20,435 bases of DNA from Candidatus Micrarchaeota archaeon (GTDB lineage Archaea; Micrarchaeota; Micrarchaeia; Anstonellales; Bilamarchaeaceae). The stretch's first letter is position 1; each line of letters begins with the position of its first letter. Positions 14,313-20,435 of the stretch are shown piece after piece. Below the pieces are notes generated by a model. It did no database searches. It saw nothing but the letters and a program-made list of their open reading frames with translations, and was not told the origin of the DNA. The translations under genes were made by a program, and so were the position numbers. Location of the stretch: positions 1 to 20,435 of the forward strand of contig JBDRPL010000035.1 in assembly GCA_043827025.1 (NCBI GenBank), in the 5' to 3' direction.

Positions 14313-15610
14313 AGTAAAACGCTCCTTTCTGATATCTCCCCAGCAATATTCGTTTCCATCATTTCCTTTACTTTTTTAATGTTCTTTGTCTGGCCAAGAA
14401 CCCATGACAATTTCACAAAAGCAGTCTCAGGTGTCCAATCCATCCCATCTCCAATTACGCCTGCGTCTTTCAAAAGGCGCCCTGTTGTATAGACATTAAG
14501 ATTAAGGCGTCCACTTATTGTCTGCGGAGCCATGACTACTGGAATGTCTGAATCCACCAGTTCCTTCACTGACTTTAAAACCGACTTGGCATGCTTGTCT
14601 CCAAATGGGTTGGTTGAAACGTGCCCCAAACCCGTTCCCATGAGCACTACGCCATCATAATCATCAAGCTTTGATATTAGTTTGGAGGAAAGGTTTGGAT
14701 GGGCATAAATCATGGCAACATTTTCATTGACATTTGTACTGACAGTCAGTTTACCTAAAGGCTTTCTGAATTCTGACAGTTTTTCGAAAACATTGTTCTT
14801 GTGATCAACCTTTGCCAACGGATTCAAATTTATGGATTCAAATGCATCCCTTCTTGAAGTGTGCATTTTCCTTACCCTTGTGCCTCTGTGCAAATAGCAA
14901 TAATCATCATTTATCGTGGCGTGCATGCATATTGCAACTTCGTTGAAACCCTGCCTGGCAGAATAAAGGGAATTAAGAAGATTCATCTCGTTCTCGCTGC
15001 TCGGCCTGTCGCTGCTTCTTTGGGAACCTACAAAAACAACCGGGACAGGAAGATTCTGAAGCATGAATGAAATGGCTGCAGAACTGTAATGCATTGTGTC
15101 TGTGCCATGCATCAGGACAACTCCTTTTGCCCCTGACTTTACTTCTTCATATATTGCATCAGCAATGACTTTCCAGTGATAGCTAGAGAAGTCTTCAGAA
15201 AACAAAGAGAAAATCTGTTTTGCATAGACAGAACCGAATTTGTCAAGAGAAGGGAATGCTGCCTTAAGTTCCTGCGCTGAGATTGCAGGGTAAACTGCTC
15301 CTGTGCTATATTCCACTTTTGAAGAGATGGTTCCTCCGCAACCCAGTATCGCAAACTCCCCTTTTGCAACATCATTCTTCTGAATTTTCTGCTGTTTTTT
15401 CATACCTTTGGAAACCAATTCGATTTTCGCACCAACTGAATTCAAACCTATATTATACCCATTATCAAGCTTTAGAACAATGATTTCGCTTTCATATGAT
15501 CTTGGCATCAGTCTCCCTTCAACAGCATTGCTGCCAGCCAAAACCTTTATCCTGTCGCCTATTTCTATCTTTTTAGATTTGAACAACTTTTCCAGAGAAG
15601 ACGGGTACAT
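14309..15610 (-). CDS. gatD: Glu-tRNA(Gln) amidotransferase subunit D (asparaginase-like)
   Basis: KLDNGYNIG N-terminal domain, GGTISSKVEY.TGAV, HGTDTM, GSQRSSDRPSS, RKMHTSRRDAF, GTGLGH. Confidence 0.97.
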   Translation of the reverse strand: MYPSSLEKLFKSKKIEIGDRIKVLAGSNAVEGRLMPRSYESEIIVLKLDNGYNIGLNSVGAKIELVSKGMKKQQKIQKNDVAKGEFAILGCGGTISSKVEYSTGAVYPAISAQELKAAFPSLDKFGSVYAKQIFSLFSEDFSSYHWKVIADAIYEEVKSGAKGVVLMHGTDTMHYSSAAISFMLQNLPVPVVFVGSQRSSDRPSSENEMNLLNSLYSARQGFNEVAICMHATINDDYCYLHRGTRVRKMHTSRRDAFESINLNPLAKVDHKNNVFEKLSEFRKPLGKLTVSTNVNENVAMIYAHPNLSSKLISKLDDYDGVVLMGTGLGHVSTNPFGDKHAKSVLKSVKELVDSDIPVVMAPQTISGRLNLNVYTTGRLLKDAGVIGDGMDWTPETAFVKLSWVLGQTKNIKKVKEMMETNIAGEISERSVLL

Positions 15611-15664
15611 GCCTATTTAGTAAGAAGATAAAGAATAAAAAGATGAAGGTACGCTTAGAGGAAT

Positions 15665-18600
15665 TCAGTTGTCTGACATATACATCTTCACATCAGAGTT
15701 CGTGTAGACCTGGCTGAAACCCTCAAGCTCTCCAAGGAAATATGCCTTGTACAGGTTGGAATCATAGAATTTTCCCTTCCGGTCTTCATAGCCCGATTTT
15801 ACTTCCCCATTCTCAAGCCATATCTGATCGTAAGTATATACGAGGTCAGACACGGCTATTGGATCATCACGGGTATGGGAAGGGATCAATACGATATTCT
15901 TATCATAATTTATGGCATTGGATGTCCCCCTAGGTGGCAATATCACAGCCTTGTTGAGCACCAAGTCGCCAGTATCATCAGTCCTATCCAGATAATAAGT
16001 AGCTGAAACAGTTTCGCTGGTTGCGAGAACCGCATCCCCGATGCAGTATGCAGGAACTATGTTGCTTATGACCATCTGGTCCTTTTGCAGCCCATAAACC
16101 AATTTATAGGCAACCATTCCAAATTTCTGATCGCGTGCAGAAATCACACACATGTCATTTTCATTTGGATTTTGAGGGAAATAGATTGTTTCCCAAAGAT
16201 GCTCCACTTCGCACATGGAATTGCCTGGAGAAATTGAAACGTTTGTCTCATTGTCCCTTGCACATGATAGATAATTGAGCGCACCATATTTTCCTCCGAA
16301 ATTCGAAGGGCCTGAAAGTACAAGCTCTGAATCAAACAAAGCGTATTGCGACCCATACTCCTTCATCAGCTTCCTGAGCTCATCAGTACTGCCATCCACA
16401 TACACATGGGCAACCTCTCCAATCATTTCAGGAGAAAGGTGCTCATTCCTTATGACTGCGTTCCTGTTCCCAAAATAATTTATCCAGTGGCCATAATCCC
16501 ACCAAGACATTACCCTTGAACCTGCAGGAGTATTCTTGCTTATCCATTCCATAGAGCTTATCCAATAAGGAGCAAGCACAGAACAACGCTGCCTGAAAAG
16601 AACCAGATCATCTGAAGGAATCTTGTTTGAATCAAACCCATATCTCAGAAGATCAATCGGATTGGAGGAAAGGGAAAGGTAACACAAAACAGAATTGTAT
16701 TGAATGTTTATGTCTGAATTAGCAAGAGCCACCGGATCAGTGCCTACAGCGCAAATCATCTGGTCATCAGCACCAAGCTGCCTAAGGTCGCTGCATATCT
16801 GTTGGAATTTCGGCTGGGCCGCAAGAGGATTGTCCTGAAACCTTACCAAGGAGGAGCCCTGAAGTATTGCCGGAGCCCATGATGCTGAGAATTGCCCAAT
16901 CACTATTATTGATGCAAAAACAGCAAAACCATAGTAAAGATAACTCCTGTTCTCCGGTTTTTTTATGTATTTTGAAAAGAAATCAAATGCCTCGCCAAGA
17001 ACAAAACCAAATGCTATTGCAACCAAATATCCACTGTAGATGGAATACTTGGTCTTGAGAAGCCCGATTATTGTTGGCAGGAGTATCAGTGAAACAAAGA
17101 ATATGGAGAAATTATCATCTCCTTTTGTAAGCTTTATAAAAGAGATTATGAAAAACACAATGAAAAGGAAGAGTATGAACATCATCATGCTCGGGATTTT
17201 TTCAGTGTAGCTTAGGTTCGTGCCAAAGGCAGTATTTATGAGCGAGGTTATCAATGAAAAAGACGCATTTATTACATACGCGAATGGCAAATAAATTACG
17301 TCCGCCAGGGATTTTATCAACCCGAAAAAGATAGATGATGAATCTTTCACGAATGCAGCTGCCACGCCGTCAGGGGAAAATGCTATGAAACCAATCTCAC
17401 CTGAAAAATTGCTTCCTGCATTGCCCTGCTCTGCAATAGTACGCTGGAGAGGGTCATTAAACTGCCCTGTTGCAATTCCCCTAAGAACTGCATCCTTGAG
17501 CAACTGGCCCATAGGCGTGAATGCAAATAAGATAAGGCCAATGACTATTGCTCCACAAAAAACATAAAAAAGCACCTCTACATCCTTTATCCTAGTCTTC
17601 ACAAGAGAAAGGCAATATGCGAATGCAAGGGCAAACACGAAAAGCAATCCATTCGTCGCGTTGAATGCATTCAGCCACAATCCATCAAGAAGAACTGCCT
17701 TGATGAATATCGGCCCGATGAGGACGACTACCAGATTCTGCATAACAAACTCTTTAAGATATTTTTCATCTTTGGTGAATGCGAGCACAAGCGAATGAAA
17801 GATTATGAAAAGGAAAAGCGATGAAAAGATGAGTACTTCAGATGCGCTTCCAAGAGTGACAATGCCGTATGCAAAACCCGCAAGCGCAAAAAACTTCAGG
17901 TCCTTCTGCCTGAATGCAAAAAGATAAGCAGCAAGGAAAAAAGAGATTGCAAAAAAGGCAAATGGCTGGGATTCCATCTCTCCTGCAGATGTTTTTATGA
18001 GAAACATTGGAAGGAATGAGAAAATAGCTGCTGCAATAAGGCCCCATTCCCTCTTATATGCAACTGAAACAAGGAGATATACAAAAAATACTGCAAGAGC
18101 AGCTGCAATTGGAGGGTATTGTCCTGAAACCAAAGACATTATATATTTGTCATAAGTCCCTCCGCCAGTATAGAAAGAATACCATATGGCTTCCAAATCC
18201 CCTATGAACGAAAATCGCTTGTGGTCGACCTCAAGCACAGGATACCAGGCAGTCTGGTCATTCACAGGATTCGATCCTATTGTGATTAACTGGGATGCTG
18301 AGAATGCATAATAATACGGATCAAGCTCCTGGAACACAGGACTGTATGATTGCATCCTCACAAAATAGGTGACGAATAATAAGAGTATGATTAAGACAGG
18401 GATTATGAGTTCCGCCTTGTTCTCGAAATTCAATAGTTTTTTGAAATCAATGGAAACCTTTTCCCGCAGGAAAAGACCAATGGACAATGCATAGAATATG
18501 CCAACACATAGCAATGCAATTGTAAAAGAATAGCTGATGCCGATTATTGCAAGCATAAAAAATATAAACGCAGGAGCTGCAAACCCAATGCCAAAACCAA

Positions 18601-18727
18601 TCAAGACCTTTTCAAAGAACCTCAAGTTGGTCTTGTTGAACAGACCAAGAGCGAATATGGCTCCTGGGATGAAAGAAGTGATAAAAACCCAGAACAGCAA
18701 TAAAAATGGATCAAAAGAAACGTACAT
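15665..18727 (-). CDS. aglB: Oligosaccharyltransferase AglB (STT3 family)
   Basis: Multi-TM N-terminal half, ELDPYY, TIAE, SWWDYGHWI, GKYGAL. SD GGTGG at 18733-18737. Confidence 0.93.
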   Translation of the reverse strand: MYVSFDPFLLLFWVFITSFIPGAIFALGLFNKTNLRFFEKVLIGFGIGFAAPAFIFFMLAIIGISYSFTIALLCVGIFYALSIGLFLREKVSIDFKKLLNFENKAELIIPVLIILLLFVTYFVRMQSYSPVFQELDPYYYAFSASQLITIGSNPVNDQTAWYPVLEVDHKRFSFIGDLEAIWYSFYTGGGTYDKYIMSLVSGQYPPIAAALAVFFVYLLVSVAYKREWGLIAAAIFSFLPMFLIKTSAGEMESQPFAFFAISFFLAAYLFAFRQKDLKFFALAGFAYGIVTLGSASEVLIFSSLFLFIIFHSLVLAFTKDEKYLKEFVMQNLVVVLIGPIFIKAVLLDGLWLNAFNATNGLLFVFALAFAYCLSLVKTRIKDVEVLFYVFCGAIVIGLILFAFTPMGQLLKDAVLRGIATGQFNDPLQRTIAEQGNAGSNFSGEIGFIAFSPDGVAAAFVKDSSSIFFGLIKSLADVIYLPFAYVINASFSLITSLINTAFGTNLSYTEKIPSMMMFILFLFIVFFIISFIKLTKGDDNFSIFFVSLILLPTIIGLLKTKYSIYSGYLVAIAFGFVLGEAFDFFSKYIKKPENRSYLYYGFAVFASIIVIGQFSASWAPAILQGSSLVRFQDNPLAAQPKFQQICSDLRQLGADDQMICAVGTDPVALANSDINIQYNSVLCYLSLSSNPIDLLRYGFDSNKIPSDDLVLFRQRCSVLAPYWISSMEWISKNTPAGSRVMSWWDYGHWINYFGNRNAVIRNEHLSPEMIGEVAHVYVDGSTDELRKLMKEYGSQYALFDSELVLSGPSNFGGKYGALNYLSCARDNETNVSISPGNSMCEVEHLWETIYFPQNPNENDMCVISARDQKFGMVAYKLVYGLQKDQMVISNIVPAYCIGDAVLATSETVSATYYLDRTDDTGDLVLNKAVILPPRGTSNAINYDKNIVLIPSHTRDDPIAVSDLVYTYDQIWLENGEVKSGYEDRKGKFYDSNLYKAYFLGELEGFSQVYTNSDVKMYMSDN

Positions 18728-18762
18728 TCATACCACCAATACTCATATCTCTAATCAGAAAG

Positions 18763-19869
18763 TTATAAATATTCAACTGCTTGCTCAGCAACAAGCACCT
18801 GTTCTGTCCGCTGAGATTTTTCGCCAAGAATGTAGGGAGATTTAACTCCAGTAATTATTGCGGTTGCACGCACCTTCCCTGCGAAATCAAGATTGATTCT
18901 CGCTCCCATTTTCACATTTGCCATGTTGTCAAAGGCTGAACTCAGATTTTCACCTATTTTTATTGAATCTCCGAGAGTAAGGTCCGGTCCGCCTTCCAAA
19001 TGAAGCAATGCGCCTTTTGCACCTTCAGAGCTGACATCAAGCAATGGATGATTAGCAGTGTCCTTTATGACATCATCGATCCTATTGACTCCAAGCCCCT
19101 CTCCAAGAGAAATCATTGATAATCCACCGCTCTGCATAACTGATTTCACATCTGCATAATCAATATTCATCAAACTTGGAAACATGATAGTATCGCTGAT
19201 ACCTGTAACTGCCCTTCCAGTGATTGAATCCGCCAAAGCAAAGGCCTTGTCAATTGCAAGATTTGGAGCGTATTTGAGCAGTCGGTTATTGTCAATGACC
19301 ACAACAGTATCACATACCTTAATGAGTTCCTGCAATGATTTCTGAGCTTTCTTCAGGCGCACTCTTTCCAATGCAAATGGATACGTAACCATCGCTATGA
19401 CAATTGCACCTTTGTCCCTGGCGATTTCTGCAATTACGGGGGCAGCACCTCCTCCGGTTCCACCGCCCATTCCAGCTGTGATAAAAATAAGTTCATTCTC
19501 TCCAATAGCATCAGACAACGCCCTTCTGTCAGCATCAGCACATTTCTTGGCCAATTCGATATCGCCACCCGCACCTAAACCTCTTGTAATGTTTCTGCCT
19601 ATGAGAAGTTTTTTTCCAGTTGTTATCATGTTAAGGTGTTTTCCATCTGTATTGACAGACAATAGTTCTGCACTCTTTATGCCGGAATTCTGCAACCTGC
19701 TTACGCAATTGCATCCTGCTCCGCCCACTCCAATGACTTTTATGCGAATGTCGGAATTTTCGCCTCTATCTTTCTGTTCCTCAGATTTTTCATTTGCCAC
19801 AGGCTTTGGCTGAACCTCATTATTGTTTCCGGAATCATTTCTGACAGATGCGATGATATCTTCGAACAT
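18763..19869 (-). CDS. ftsZ: Cell division protein FtsZ, FtsZ2-type
   Basis: GVGGAG, VNTD, GLGAGG, AGMGGGTGGGAAP, NIDYADV. PFALER.R and DNNRLL.Y.PNL resemble archaeal FtsZ2. Start reassigned to ATG 19869 (SD GCGGTG, TATA TTTATATG at 19901-19908). Confidence 0.93.
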   Translation of the reverse strand: MFEDIIASVRNDSGNNNEVQPKPVANEKSEEQKDRGENSDIRIKVIGVGGAGCNCVSRLQNSGIKSAELLSVNTDGKHLNMITTGKKLLIGRNITRGLGAGGDIELAKKCADADRRALSDAIGENELIFITAGMGGGTGGGAAPVIAEIARDKGAIVIAMVTYPFALERVRLKKAQKSLQELIKVCDTVVVIDNNRLLKYAPNLAIDKAFALADSITGRAVTGISDTIMFPSLMNIDYADVKSVMQSGGLSMISLGEGLGVNRIDDVIKDTANHPLLDVSSEGAKGALLHLEGGPDLTLGDSIKIGENLSSAFDNMANVKMGARINLDFAGKVRATAIITGVKSPYILGEKSQRTEQVLVAEQAVEYL

Positions 19870-19993
19870 TACTAACACCGCTTGTATTACTAAGATAAAC
19901 CATATAAATGTGATTACAGATATTGAAGGATATCCTATGAAAAGTGATTGGTTATAATTGTTTGTGTCTAGAATACCTACAGTGGGATTTTGT

Positions 19994-20248
19994 ATGGGAA
20001 TTGCAATTAACCGAGTTATTCGAAACACAGGAAACAGGCCTCCGAGATTTGATTTGAATTTATTTGAACCCAGGGGGAAACCAAGGGGAAGAAATTTGGA
20101 ACCAATTGGGGAAGACGGAATTTCACAATTGAAAGACGAATTTTTTGGACAGATGAAACCTGCAACATTGAATCGCATATTACTTAATGCAAAGGAAGAA
20201 GGCTGGAGCTATGAAAGAACCGAAACCATGTTAAGATCTCAAATCTGA
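19994..20248 (+). CDS. Hypothetical protein, 84 aa
   Basis: ATG 19994 with GTGGGA upstream (19982-19987) and TTTATAAT at 19951-19958. No family recognised. Confidence 0.6.
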   Translation: MGIAINRVIRNTGNRPPRFDLNLFEPRGKPRGRNLEPIGEDGISQLKDEFFGQMKPATLNRILLNAKEEGWSYERTETMLRSQI

Positions 20249-20292
20249 GATTCATGAGATAGTTACAATTTATAAATATTTGTGTACTTAAT

Positions 20293-20318
20293 ATATTTGA
20301 TGATATTTGATGATATTT
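20293..20318. repeat. 10-bp tandem repeat ATATTTGATG x2.6
   Basis: ATATTTGATG ATATTTGATG ATATTT immediately before ATG 20320. Confidence 0.75.
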
Positions 20319-20319
20319 A

Positions 20320-20435
20320 ATGGCATTAATAGTAAGAACATTAAAACCAGCAAAAAATCCAGTTGCACATTTGGCAGCAAAAGAATTTGACAGATTTGCA
20401 ACAAAGCCCAGGGTTGGTTTGACAGGATTGAAAAG
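20320..20435 (+). CDS. Hypothetical protein, N-terminal fragment (runs off window)
   Basis: MALIVRTLKPAKNPVAHLAAKEFDRFATKPRVGLTGLK..., open to the window end, with TTTATAAA at about 20269-20276 upstream. Confidence 0.5.
   Translation, partial: MALIVRTLKPAKNPVAHLAAKEFDRFATKPRVGLTGLK

Noticed and set aside
19870..20178. 103-aa N-terminal extension of FtsZ in the ORF track
   Set aside because: It is the antisense shadow of the plus-strand ORF and intergenic DNA. ATG 19869 has its own SD and TATA and gives a normal FtsZ length.

Overview
This is an archaeal chromosomal window, mostly housekeeping genes. A DPANN, probably Micrarchaeota-like, origin is inferred from gene set and style only. In order: truncated cutA; two tandem unannotated ultra-acidic micropeptide genes (MIGDD...Y, 28 and 24 aa), each with TATA, SD and T-tract; ychF-family GTPase; a 692-aa helical-repeat orphan divergent from a 112-aa orphan; tRNA-Val(UAC) with an upstream copy of its 5' end; rpl21e-rpoF-DUF655; a highly symmetric TBP; a Cys-rich lipoprotein; DUF1805, rps26e and a metallophosphoesterase; a 234-aa protein apparently built from two ribosomal P-stalk (aP1/P2) N-terminal domains without the acidic tail; XPD/Rad3 helicase; LOG-like protein; RFC large subunit; gatE-gatD; aglB; ftsZ2; and two small orphans. 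No transposase, integrase or CRISPR array was seen. Best novelty candidates are the tandem P-stalk-domain protein, the acidic micropeptide pair, eS26 in this lineage, and a 45-nt perfectly homogenised tract between the TBP repeats. All family calls are by eye; no searches were run.
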